This document shows positions 1 to 16,555 of a stretch of 64,000 bases of DNA, piece after piece; positions within the stretch are counted from its first letter, which is position 1, and the number at the start of each line of letters is the position of its first letter. Source of the DNA: the human T2T-CHM13v2.0 reference genome, Homo sapiens; assembly GCF_009914755.1 (NCBI RefSeq), contig NC_060946.1; one strand, 5' to 3'. The notes beneath the pieces are model-generated. The model saw only the letters and a program-made list of their open reading frames with translations, ran no database searches and was not told where the DNA came from. Position numbers and translations under genes: made by a program.

Positions 1-854
1 AAGCTGAGGATTTAGGACTCCGTGCCAGGAGTTTGCACCCTCGGGACCTTGGGCAAGTCCCTTAGCCTCTCATAGCCTCAGTTTCTCCTCTGTGGGTATG
101 TGCAGTATCTGGCACATGAAGGGCACTCAACAACCTTGTTTCCCTTTCTGCCACAGCTGAGTAGAGAAACAGGTGAAGAGGAAGGCCGCCAAATGGAAGA
201 GATGGGAAAACACATCGGGACAGCAGTGGGTGTGGCCAGAGAAGCCAGTGGCTACTTTCAATTGCCTGTGTCTAATCACAGAGGAAGAAACATGTCCCTC
301 AGTAGCTGTGTTTTTCATGTTTTTCCCTTTAGAAGAGAGGGAGACAGGGGGGTCTCCCAGCCAGGAGCCCTAGAAGCAGCCGGGCTGCCGCATGTTTCCA
401 CCTGCAAGCGAGGTTCCAGCCAGCAGTCCGGGCTGGGCTGCCACAACAAGCGGAAGGGAAGAGCGCCACTCACCTGGGATCGCGATGTTTCTCACCCTCC
501 TCAAGTGTGCATTGCCAGCTAGGCATTGCTAAGCTAATTTACGTGTTGTAGCTCTGGAGGCTCAAGGTGAGAAAGGGGAGCCAGCCGGCTGCAAATGGGA
601 ATCCTGCCTTCCACCCGAGACAGGCTGGACTGGCCTCAAGCTCCCTCTGTTCCCATGTACTCAAGGCCAGACCAATTACTATTTGTAGAAGGTCACACCC
701 CAGGTCTTCTGATCCCAAACCCTTTCTCCCAGGCACCTGTTCATCAGCCCCTAGAGTCACCCAGATTGTCTGGGTTCTGTCCTTGGTGACAGCGATTAAA
801 CTTGTAACACTGAGTGCTCCGTAGCATACTGTGGGGGAGAGGAGTGATCCTGGT

Positions 855-1040
855 GTGCTGGTCCTTGACTGTGGCTGCACGATGCAGTCACCCGGGAACT
901 TGTCGGAAACCCCAAAGCACACACCCCACTCCCAAAGCATCTTTTTTCATTGTTCCGAGAGTGGGGTCCAGGCACGGGTCTTTGTTTTAAACTCATTTCC
1001 GGTCATGATTCTAACGTGTAGCTCAGGCTGAGGGGGTCGC
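855..1040. mobile_element. MER5-like hAT-Charlie DNA transposon remnant
   Basis: Resembles MER5 (ggctgcac..atcacc.ggga..ctt; gtgattctaa.gtg.agc.agg.tgag). Confidence 0.45.
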
Positions 1041-1164
1041 TGCTGTGAGTAGCAAGAATGATAAGGCCTTTGAAACCATTCAGCCTGGACATTAAAGTCT
1101 GAGCTATGGCCCTGTGTAACACCGGGCAGGCCACCTAAGCTTGGTCTCTAGAGGACAGTCACTG

Positions 1165-1908
<744 letters not shown>

Positions 1909-3761
1909 CTCTGTGAGTGTCAAGTGAGGTTTTGGTAAGATGCTATTATGTCGTGGTCTGGGTGGATGGGAGAGGTGCTCCATACACATTGTCAGGATGT
2001 AAATATGAGTAGCAGAGGCTAAGCACAGAATGAGGTTTTTGAGGACCGTCATGCCTGCTGCCAGCAACCTTCCATAACATTTAACTCCCCAGCCGAATCT
2101 TGCTAACCAGATGTAAACACAGGGAACAGGACAGAATAAGGCCACATATTTTAGAACTGCTGACAGATGGCAGGGAAAATACTCAAGCAGATTGCAGCAT
2201 TAGGAGGCAGGAGGGAGCACACACAGGGATTGGTTTACTTTCCGCCTCTTTCCCAGGCACACACGTTGCTTCTAACTTCTGGGTACCTGCCCTTCCCCAT
2301 ATCTCCCCGCTTCCCATACATTAGCCACCCCCACGTTCGAGGTGAGGGCACCTGCTTCTTTGAGCATGGAGAGCACTGTGCACCCTATGAGGTTCCTTCC
2401 CCTACCTCATCCTTGTCAATTGCACATTTAACACATGAGGAAACAGGCTCAGAGCGGGCAGTTGACATGAACAAGGTCACGCAGCCAGCTGCAGGGCGAG
2501 CTGGAATTGGAAGCCGAGTATCCAGGCTCGCAGCACAGCGCGTCTTCTGAAGTCTGGACACACATCCAGGACTCACTTCCTCAACATGCAGAAGGACCAC
2601 ACCCCTCCGGCCCCCAGATCCTTCTCCCTGTGCTGGGAGGCCATTTGCCTTCTCAGAACACTCAACAGGACCCTCCATTTGCTGAGGGCCCATGATAGGC
2701 CAAGTCCTTACATCCATTTCCTTCTCCTGTCCATTTTAAAGAAAAGGACACTGAGGCTCAGAGACAGAAAAGCAACTTGCCCTGATTTCCAGCAATAAGT
2801 GGCAGAGCTGCGATTTGAACCCAGCTGTCTGACACCAAAGCCCATGTGCTCCTGCCACAGCCACACAAGCCAGTCCAGCCTGGGTGGGGAGGAAGGATGC
2901 ACAAGGTGTCTTTGAACAGCACACTCGGTAGAGGACTTGTCTCCCTCTCCTCCCCATGGGTTTGGCAGCCTGGGCCTCAAGCCCTTTCCTCAGGGTGCTT
3001 GGCCCAGCTGATAGCGAGGCAGGGCAGGGGAGAAGGGTTGCAACTTTTCGGCTTATACCTCGGCATGCACAGGCAATCATAAAACACCTCCCAGCTCTTG
3101 ACAGGATTCCAAAGCACTCTCTGGGTTTTATTCTCAGGGGAAGTACAGCTAATTTCAGGTTTGGACATTTAAATACTGGATCAACAGAGAAGGTGTCCTA
3201 TTTTCACCTTGAAGCCCTTAGAATCTTCACTGTAAGCTTCCCAAACTCAACAAATATGTTGAAGAAAGATCTAGAGTATGTTTTATTTCTAAGCTAGGAT
3301 GCTGAGAGTGGGTCTGACACCTGCCCTCCCCTGTCTCTTCACAGAGAGCCGGGTGGCAGTCAGAATCAAGAAGCAAAGCAGGAGACAAGTGCTTTCCCAC
3401 ACCCACTGCCCTTTTCCCAGGAGCAGCGGTGGGTTCAGGGGTTGGGAGAGGAGTGTGTGTGTCGGGAGCACAGGCTGAGAGTATTAGTGTGGGTTTCCTG
3501 CTCACTCCGTCCGCCAGCTCCTTCAGGGCAGGAATCTATCTCCTTGGCTGCCTTCTCCACTGGGGCTGTCCCTCCCCGCCCCAAACCTCATCAGTGCCCA
3601 GGCTCGTCTGCCCATTATCTGGCCTCCTCTCTGCTTCAGCCATTCCACTTCCCACCTGGACAACCATAGCCTCCTGGTGGTTTCCACTGTTGCCCAGCTT
3701 ATCCCCTACTCAGGAGCTAGTGACCTTCCTCATGAGAACCAGCTCCAGTCACTCCCCTGCA

Positions 3762-4677
<916 letters not shown>

Positions 4678-5014
4678 CACACAGGGAAGTGGCCTGTGGC
4701 AGGGAGGCTCACACCAGAGAAAGGTCTGCTGCTACTCACCCACCCCGAGCAGGGCGGGGTGTTAAGAACGCAGTAACTGGGCGGCATGGGAAGTACATCT
4801 TAGCCACATTGGAAAAGACCACCAAATATGCAAGACAGACACCATGGAGGGCGACTTCAACAAAGCCCCTGGGCTCCACTTGCTACCACCCTCTGTCGGT
4901 TGAAGTGACAACGGCCCAGAAGTCTAGATGCTTCCCTCCAGGGGAGGAGACAGTTTGATCAGGCTCAAACATCCCCTCTAGGGGTCCTTTCCCAGTAGGA
5001 ATCTGATTGCCACT

Positions 5015-5378
5015 TGATATGGTTTGGCTGTGTTCCCACCCAAATCTCATTTTGTAGTTCTCATAGTCCCCACATGTCGTGGGAGGGACCTGGTGGGAGG
5101 TAATTGAATTATGGGTGTGGTTACTTCCATGCTGTTCTTGTGACAGTTCTCGTGAAATCTGATGGTTGTATAAGGGGCTTTTCCCCCCTTTCACTCTGCA
5201 CTTCTCTTTGCTGCCACCATGTGAAGAAGGATGTGTTTGGTTCCCCTTCTGCCATGATCATAAGTTTCCCAAGGTCTCTCCAGCCCTGCAGAACTGTGAG
5301 TCAGTTAAACCTCTTTCCTTTATAAAGTACCCAGTCTCGGGTATGTCTTTATTAGAACCGTGAGAACGGACTAACACA
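5015..5378 (+). mobile_element. THE1 (THE1C-like) solo LTR with 5-bp TSD CCACT
   Basis: TGATATGGTTTGGCTGTG...GGACTAACACA termini; CCACT at 5010-5014 and 5379-5383. Confidence 0.9.
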
Positions 5379-6418
5379 CCACTATTAATCACTCATGCGA
5401 CCTTTATCCTTACAGTTCACAGGTGGCAGATGGCTGGCACAGAGGAAGCCAAAACAGAGGCTTTTCTGCCCTGAAGAGTCACTAGAATCTGTGGTCCTGG
5501 ATCACTGACAGTGGCACTCGGTGTCAACTAGGAGTCCAGGGTGGGCAGGCTGTCCTGCACACTGCCTTCCCTTGGGAAACATGGCCATAAGAGGTTGTGG
5601 TGCCCATTCCAGCAAGAACATGCTGCTTGGCTGTCCGTCGCTTGGCCCGTACTCTGGGGGCGCTAATTTTGAGGGGATGGGCCTGGGGCTGTGGGATTAA
5701 CCATGTCCTGAGTGACCCCCTGAAACCTCTGAAATATTAAAAAACGGGAAAACAGCGGGTTAAGTGTTTCTTCTCTGCAGCCTCTGGGCCACAGTTACCA
5801 AGCTTTAGAGATGACGGCTGCAGCTGCCAGTGCCCTGGGGCTCTGAGCAGAACCTCCACTGCAGAAACTAAGCAGGATCAAAGGAGGAAAGAAAGGGGCA
5901 CACCTGCAAAGTGAAGTTTCAGGACTTTACTTTTTCTGAGTTAATCCAGGTGCATGAGACTTTTCCATATACACGGATAGGCTTTGTACGGTTCCATTTT
6001 GGGTCAGTGGAAGAATTTTCACAACACAAATGACATTATAAAGTTGTCTTCTCTGGCCTGGTACTGGGGACCACTGGTCAAAGACAACGTGAGACATTGC
6101 GGGGACTTCCTGGAGCTGCAGCAACCACAGCAGAGAACTTGTAATCAATTTTTTCTGGGAGAACATAGCAGAGGAGTAAGACAACATTTATCCTAGCTTC
6201 GGATAGGATCCTCTTCCATCTAGGCAGATGGGATCCAAGAGACAGCAGAGATCCTGGAGAGAGGTGATAGAAGAGGGAGACACAGGCTTGGTGTATTGGA
6301 TCAGCTGCAGCTGGTGCTCCCTGGAGCAGCAGGCTGCAGCCTGGCAGCCCTACAAACAGACGGTCCTTACCCAGCCACACTGAACCCAGGGAAGGAAAAG
6401 AGGGATGCGCCCACGTTA

Positions 6419-6420
6419 CG

Positions 6421-6465
<45 letters not shown>
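6419..6465. repeat. (CG)5(CA)18 compound microsatellite
   Basis: Read directly from sequence. Confidence 0.97.
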
Positions 6466-6467
<2 letters not shown>

Positions 6468-6504
6468 TCTTAACCCTTACCTTTGTCACAAAAAAATGCT
6501 GCCA

Positions 6505-6545
6505 TTTAATTACTCAGAACTCCAGCATTTTTTGGCTATTTTATT
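6505..6545 (-). terminator. HPS4: Candidate proximal HPS4 poly(A) signals (AATAAA 6545-6540, ATTAAA 6510-6505)
   Basis: Hexamers ~1.1 kb after the stop, followed by U- and GU-rich sequence. Confidence 0.55.
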
Positions 6546-7654
6546 TCTAGCCCTTGGAAGCTTGTTTCAAGAAAAAGACACCATATCATAAACATCAGAT
6601 ATCAGTTCACTGACATGAAATTATTAACAATACAACTCTCAAATGGAATCTCAAGTACTTCCAGTAAACATTCAGTTAAGATTTTGACAAATATTTTCAT
6701 CCTGCAGTCTGTCTCATACTGTCAAAAAAATGTCTGACTATAACGTAATAGAACTGAGGTTCTAAGTACCACACAAGCCCAGGAACACACAGCTGAGTGT
6801 CGCTCCCTTTCACGCAGCCACCACTGAAAAGCACAGTGCTTTTACCCCCAGACATCTTGTAAACTCCTATTTAGGGACACTCGCTCGAGAGGAACCAGCT
6901 GCACGGCCCACTTGTAGTCAAAGGCAGCGCAGGTTGGTCCTGTTGTCACTGAATTCTCAGGGCTCAGCCCCCAGAGCTTTTATAAAGGGATCTCTAAAGC
7001 CCAAACTCCCTTCCATATTATTAAGGCTTGCCCCCATTGTGGGTCCAAAGAAGACGCCCCTAGATTTGAGTAGAGTTCCAACAGAATTCAACCAAGTGGT
7101 CTCCGTGTGCTGCCGCTTCCCTGCAGGAACGATCCGGACCTCCCAGCAAGAGCGCACTGGAGAAACCTACCTGCGGCGTGGGAGTGGAGTCGGCCTGCTC
7201 ACAGATCCGGCACCTCGCTGTGCAGTCACACCGCCTACCACCACCTGGTGTGGGGGTTGAACACACACACTCTGGGCTAGTGGACGATCAGGTTCTAGAA
7301 AAAATGCCAACTTGGAAGCTTGTGGCACCAATTCAAGCTGGGATGGAACAGCAGGAGATATGAAATACCTCAGGCTCAGTATGGCAGAGAGGGAGCCAAG
7401 CCCGTCCCGGCCCCAACACTACCGATTAAATACAGTTCTTTATCAAGTGCTCTGGGTCTGCCGACCTGAAGAACTAACCCCTGCCCCCAAAACACATCCC
7501 AATCTGCAAAAGGAATAACAAAAACTCAAATATCATTTGGTTCCTAAAAAAGGGAATGTTTTCAAGAAAAATAAAATAGAGGGGCCTTTTCAATTATAAA
7601 AGGCAGAGCTTCCTTTGCTGGTTTTCTCCTTCCCAGTCACCTCCTGGGTGCAGT

Positions 7655-7972
<318 letters not shown>

Positions 7973-8941
7973 TCAGCTGAGTTTCAGGCTTCAGTGCCAA
8001 TACCATCTTTCCTTCCTTTCAGCTCACTAGATGCTGGAAGAGTCCGTGGCGGGACCATCCACAGTGGCAGCAGCCACAGATCCTGGAGTTATAAGTATTG
8101 CATAAAGGAACTGTGGAGTGCCGGCTTTTTTGACATACTGGCAGCTATGCAATGTGCTCTGCATACAGTCTCTGCTTTGCCCCTCACATAAGCTCTGCAG
8201 TGGTGGTATGGTCCCATTTCACAGACAAGGACCCTGAGGCTCAGAGTGAGTAGCTGGGGCTGCCCTGCCTCTATGACGAGGCAATGGCAGTGTCCGAGAA
8301 AGGAGTCTAGTCTGCTCTCCACACTGGGGGTGGCTGGATAGACTGAGAGGGAGTGAAGGACAGGAGTGGGATGTGACACGAAGTGACAGGAAGCCTGTGG
8401 ACACAGAGAGGGAGGGATGAGGGCACTACACAGAGGCGGAGCCACCTGGGAGGAGCCAACTCCAGGCCAAGGTAAACAAACCCCCCTGGTTTCTGGATCC
8501 TGCCTCTCCAACTATTATGGGCCTCAGTTTCCCCCAAATCTAGTGAGAAAGGGTGGAGTCAGGGACTGCTAAGGCTCCCCTCACTCAATTCTCTCCTTCC
8601 CTGTAAGGGAGAAAAATCCCACCCTATTCCAAGCTTCAGTGTCTCCTGCACCCACTGGCCCAGCAAGACAATCTCTTCTCACAGCCCTGTGGGAGGGCTC
8701 CGAGGCCAGATGGTTATGAGCATGGATCTGGAGTCACACACACTCAGGTGCTAATCCCAGCCCTATTACTTCCTAGTGTGTGTCCTGGGCTGCTATTCAA
8801 CATTTCTGAGTCCCAGCTTTTTCATCTGTACAGTGTTTGTTGCAACAGTATGTGTCCTCATTGGTGTTTTTGTTTTGTTTTGTTTTAAAGAATGAGATTA
8901 AGTGAGTGCTTAACACATTGTGAGTGGTTAAGAAATGGTAG

Positions 8942-10174
<1,233 letters not shown>

Positions 10175-10801
10175 AAGAAATGGTAGCTGTTGTTTCTATT
10201 ACTGTTATTGAAATAATCTCTCAACAAATGCCTTGAGCTATGTGTCTCAACACTAAACCCCTCTCAGCTCTAAGGAAGGTGACGTACTGCAGGGCCACAA
10301 GGTGGTTGGTGGAGCAGATGCTGACATTTTACTTGTTTCCACCTCCCACAAAACAGACACACACACCCCCAACACAGCCAGTTCCCAAACCAGTGACTGT
10401 AGATGCAAGTTGCCTCTGGGTTGCCAGCCTGGGGCAGCTGTGAATTAAAGCCAGAGAAGACACATTTCTGACAGAAAGATCTATTGGAATATTGGCTGGA
10501 GACGCTGAGAGGCAGCAGAACACCTGGCGCTCAAGTGTGGCGGGTGACAGGGAATCAGAACCATCCTAATCACCCACCCAGGCTCCCTGTCAGTCCACCA
10601 CCCATGCCCCTCGCACTGGACCACACTGCCCCGACACTGAAATGTGTGTGGAAAGGTCATACATGTGCTTAACAGTTGGAGAAAATGCTTCAAATCCTGG
10701 CCCTGCCACTTAAGAAGAATATAACCCTGGGCAAGCTGCTTATCCTATTTGTGCTTCAATTTTCTCATCTGTAAAATGAGGATTTAAAAAATGCCCTTGA
10801 A

Positions 10802-11125
<324 letters not shown>

Positions 11126-11602
11126 CTACGTGGACACATTGCCAGCACTGCCCTTGACCTGCTAACTTGCTTTATTTTCTGTTACCAGTTGTCAACCAAA
11201 TTCTCAGGTCCCAGTCTCCTCGGGCTTTTATAAAGTGATCTTTAAAGCCCAAACTCCCTTTCTGGTTTCATAAGAGAAGCATATAGAAAGAAAAAAACAA
11301 ATTCGGTTGGTTAAATACTGTAAATTACAATAATCATAATATTTCTTCTGGCATGGAGGTGTTCAAGCTATGACATAATGTGAAAAAAGACAACTGTAAA
11401 ATTGTACATTAGTAGAATCCTATTTTCTAGAAGACTTAAAATAATTAAAAATACAATTTATATGTGCAAAAAATAAAAACCAAAAACCAATAAAACCTGG
11501 AGCAATATATACCAAACTGTAAAATGTGGTTATTTCCTGGTGTGTGATGGAGATGAGAGAGGAAAATGTTTTACTTGATACATTTCCAAGCATTCTGCAT
11601 GA

Positions 11603-11925
<323 letters not shown>

Positions 11926-12272
11926 ATATTACTTTGTAATTAGAAAGACAACAATATTTCAACACTGTTTCTAGCAAGGAGACGGAGCCACCGTCCCTAG
12001 TAATGGATGTAGCTCCATGATGGTGAGGACCTCAGGTTCCTTCACTGCTGGACCCCAAGCGTCTAAAGTAGGAAGGGAACCAGAAAGTCCATGGCACGTG
12101 ACTGCACAACAGTGGATGATGGCGGCAATAGGAACCGACAAAGGAAGGCCTTAAGGAGAGTAACTAGAATGTTTTTCATCTACTTAGGAATAAGGCGCTG
12201 CCTGGGCCCCACAGGTGGTTCCCATGAGCAGGACCGTGGAGAGTAGGTTGGGGAGCGACTCAGGGAGGCTCA

Positions 12273-12479
<207 letters not shown>

Positions 12480-12800
12480 TCAAGGCCATGAGTTGGCTGC
12501 CCGGGGCAGAGACAAAGGCCCGGGGCATTGGGCTTCGGCTGCCGCCGCTGTGCGATGCAGCACCCGGTTTCTGCGTGTGGATCTCAACATTCTGAGACAA
12601 ACCCTATCACAGATATGTGAACATGAACTTCTCTCAAAACACTGGGAAACGCCAAAAACAGACACATGAGCAGAGAAGCGTCTGCCCAGTGAACGCCACA
12701 CTCAGTGGGACTGGGCTCCCGGTGAGAAGAGAGCCCTGAACGCAGGTCAGACAACTCTGTGCACAGCCGTGTCATCATGATGCTGGGGCTCAAGTTCTCA

Positions 12801-13010
<210 letters not shown>

Positions 13011-13089
13011 TCATGGGCTTGTAGGGCTGACCTCAGCAAGCCTTCTGAGGGCTAGTTAACCACAGACTTAGTTAAAAAAAAAATCCTCC

Positions 13090-13253
13090 AGCCAGGCACG
13101 GTGGCTCACACCTGTAATCCCAGTGCTTTGCGAGACCGAGGCAGGAGGATCACTTAAGCCAGGAGTTTAAGGCTGCAGTGAGCCGAGACCGCACCACCAC
13201 ACTCCAGCCTGGGTGATAGAGTGAGACTCTGTCTCGGAAAAAAAAAAAAAAAA
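13090..13253 (+). mobile_element. Alu monomer (FRAM/FAM-like)
   Basis: ~165-bp single arm with poly-A. Confidence 0.75.
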
Positions 13254-15129
13254 TCATTCATGGAGTATCTTACTGCCTACTTGATCCAGCAAAATGGACT
13301 CTCACCAACATTTTTCTTTCACCCTTATGTTCTAATGTTTTTAAAAATAATGATTATATTGTAGGAGATTTAGAAAAGAGATGAGCAAAAAAATAACAAG
13401 AAAACAACCCATCATTTCACCATCCAGTAATAGCCACTGTCACCACTGTGGTGTATCTTATTTTAACCATGGCTTTCCTACCCAGGCTGCATGATTTCAC
13501 AATACAAACAGCCTGGGACCATCCCGCATTGTTTCTCACTGGCCCTGGGTACAGAAGTCCCTCACTGGATGTAACACGGTAACTTCTCTCTGCTACACCT
13601 AGCACGGTCCTGGCTTTCTTGGAAGGACTGAGTGTCAGTCAAACAGCTTTCTGCACTTGATGGTTCAGAAGAGGAATACAGTTGAGGACGACTGTCAAGG
13701 AGATGGGTTCAAGTACCTGTATTTTTACAAACCTCCAAGGAGATAAAGTTTAAGTACAATTGAAAAGACTGGACTAAACTGTTTTGTGTAACTCTTTTTC
13801 TGTAAAATAAAAATGAGATCAAATCATAAATAATGACTGATAGTTTTTTAACCTAACAACACAGCATGAACTGCTTTTCTCGTCTTTAAATATTCTATCA
13901 TATAATTCTTTAATGGCTGTGCAGTGTTCCTCAAGCTCCACTGAGGGCTTGACTCAGTAGGCCAGGCCTGTCATAATAGGCTTGGTCTGAAATGGGGTTT
14001 CCTGGGCCTGCTTCAGCCACAAGAAAGAAGGTCACTGTCCCCAAACATTTGCAGTTCCCAGGTAAAAAACATCCCAAGTTCAGCCTCTTTTTAGTCAAAT
14101 GACCAGGAGCAAGTTACCAAGTTTTCTGTGCCTCATTTTTCTAGTCAACTGCAAAATGGGAACAGTACGGGACTATTGAGTGACTTAAATGAAATGACAC
14201 ATCCAAAAGTCCTTTGTAAACTCTAAAGTGCTATCCTGAGGCAGAGTCTTTTTATAAAGTCAAGGAAATGAAAATAATCATATAAAAGAAATGGTGTCTC
14301 TTTAGAGATCACAGATAATTTGTGGACTATTTTTCAACAGCTATGTAAGAAAAATAAGTGCATATAAAAAGTACAGAGATGCAAACAGAATGCTTCTGAA
14401 GTAAATGTCATGAAGCTTACATGTTATTTTGGGAGTATATTGGTGTTAAATCAGTTTTCCTGTATGAAAGTCTCAGAAATGATATTTCAAGTCAATAGGT
14501 GTGACATACAAAGTTATTTTCTATGCGCTCAGTTTTGTATCCTCAATGCTTAGTAGAGTGTCTGACTCCTAGTAGGTGCTCAATAAATGAATCCACTAAA
14601 TGAATGAATAAATGAACACATCCAATGCCAAGCACTGCCAATTTATGAGCTATTTGGTTTAAACCAAGGTTGCAGAGCTATGTAAAAAGATATGTGCTCA
14701 GGAAAGACAATCATAATATCTCATGTTCAGATCACTGAGAGAGCCTGACCAACACTGCGTTTAACACTGAGCCTCTTATTTGAACAGATGTGTGTGTGTG
14801 CATGTGCCGACACGCACACGGGCACACATAAGCATTCACCTGATGAAGTCAAACCACAGCCTCACTGAAAGTTTTTGGACCTCAAGAACGTGCTAACAGT
14901 CATCCCTTCCATGCTGAGCTGGTGTCCAGAGGAAGAAACAATAAGAACAGAGAGTGAGCCATGCCAAAAACTGTTTCCCCACAGGCACGGAGCTTTGCTT
15001 CCAAAATCTTCTGCCTAACTTGCACTCAAGATAGGATCACTTAACCATAAAAACACAGTTAATCACAAGATGCTATGTCAGATGACATGTGGATAATTTT
15101 TACTGATAACCAAGTGCTTTCATACATAC

Positions 15130-15440
15130 CAGGGGTCAGCAAACTCTAGCCTATAAACTAAATCCAGCCTGTTGCCTATCTTTGTACAGTCTGAGACCTA
15201 AGAATGGTTTTTATATTTTTTTACTTGGTTGGGGAAAAAAGTCAAAAGAATAATATTGTAACATGTGCAAATTATATGAAGTTCCAATTCCATGTCCATA
15301 AATAATTACTGGAATACAGTCATACCATTTATATACTGTCTATGGCTGTTTTTGTACTGCAACAGCAGAGCTGAAAAGCTGTGCAAAGCTGAAAATATTT
15401 GCTTTCTGGTCCTTTACATAAAATGTTTGCCAGCCACCGA
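15130..15440. mobile_element. MER58B-like DNA transposon
   Basis: caggggtcagcaaact...gtttgccagccaccg terminal inverted repeats; internal MER58 motifs. Confidence 0.65.
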
Positions 15441-15806
15441 TATATACTGCTACATAATGTGATCCTCACAACAGCCCTAGGCAACACAGAGCTGAGGCTA
15501 ATTCCCGGGTCCTCTGACTTCTAGTGCACACGAAAGCAAGTGGCACAAATGTCAGTGTGTGACACAGCGTGCAGCAGGAGCAATGCATGGAACACACATT
15601 CACTTAGAGATACCGGTTTCCCAGTTGGGGGAAGGTGTTTTTTCATAAAATGTTTTATGGCAACACTCTCACACTAACTTCAAGCCTCATGTACTGTACA
15701 CAGAAGCTCCATGTCCTATTGTAGTGATAAATAATTAATCTGATCACTGTGTTTGAAGGTCAAGGAGATTATCTTGGGGTCTGAGTAATGGACTATCAGC
15801 GGCTCT

Positions 15807-15825
15807 ATGCTGCCCCCTGGTGTGA
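15807..15825 (-). promoter_or_regulatory. Candidate CTCF site (ACACCAGGGGGCAGCAT)
   Basis: Close match to the CTCF core CCASYAGRKGGCRS. Confidence 0.55.
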
Positions 15826-16261
15826 GCCTATTCCACTCCCTCTGAGGGAATTCCAGCCCCAATCCCAACCCTCCTGGCTGCTCCACCCAGGGCTCCTTTC
15901 ACCAATCCCAACCCCTGCTGCCCCTCACCCTACCCCTACTCCCTGTGGAAGCTGATCCACCCAAAGACAAGACAGCCAAATGACACAAGGGCAGCTTGGC
16001 AGTATGTAACATCATTAAGGAGCCCTTGCAAAAGGGGTGTGCTCACCATAACTGGGGGTATTTCGTTTTTCTAGACAGTAGCAGAGGGGCTGCAGGGAAA
16101 TCAGATAAAGTATTTTCAAGGCTAGTCTGGGACAAAAAGGCAATCAAACACCTCTTCCTGATTATAAAACAGAAATCCTTTGGGTCTGATTAACAAACCC
16201 ACTCTCAAACCAGTGGGCTGATCAAAGTTAGTCACTCCATACTAGAAAAGATTAGCTTTTC

Positions 16262-16555
16262 AGGGATGGGTGCAATCATGCCTGTAATCCCAGCACTTTG
16301 GGAGGCCGAGGCGGGCAGATTACCTGAGGTCAGGAGTTCGAGACCAGCCTGACCAACATGGAGAAACCCCGTCTCTACTAAAAATACAAAATTAGCCGGG
16401 CCTGGTGGCACATGCCTGTAATCCCAGCTACTCAGGAGGTTGAGGTAGGAGAACCGCTTGAACCGGGGAGGCGGAGGTTGCAGTGAGCTCAGATCACACC
16501 ATTGTACTCCAGCCTGGGCAACAAGAGCGGAACTCCATCTCAAAAAAAAAAAAAA
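16262..16555 (+). mobile_element. Alu (AluS-like), TSD agaaaagattagctttt
   Basis: Consensus match and flanking direct repeat. Confidence 0.9.

Noticed and set aside
1-850. Possible 3' end of the neighbouring ASPHD2 gene
   Set aside because: No ASPHD2 coding sequence recognised; the gene appears to end before the window.
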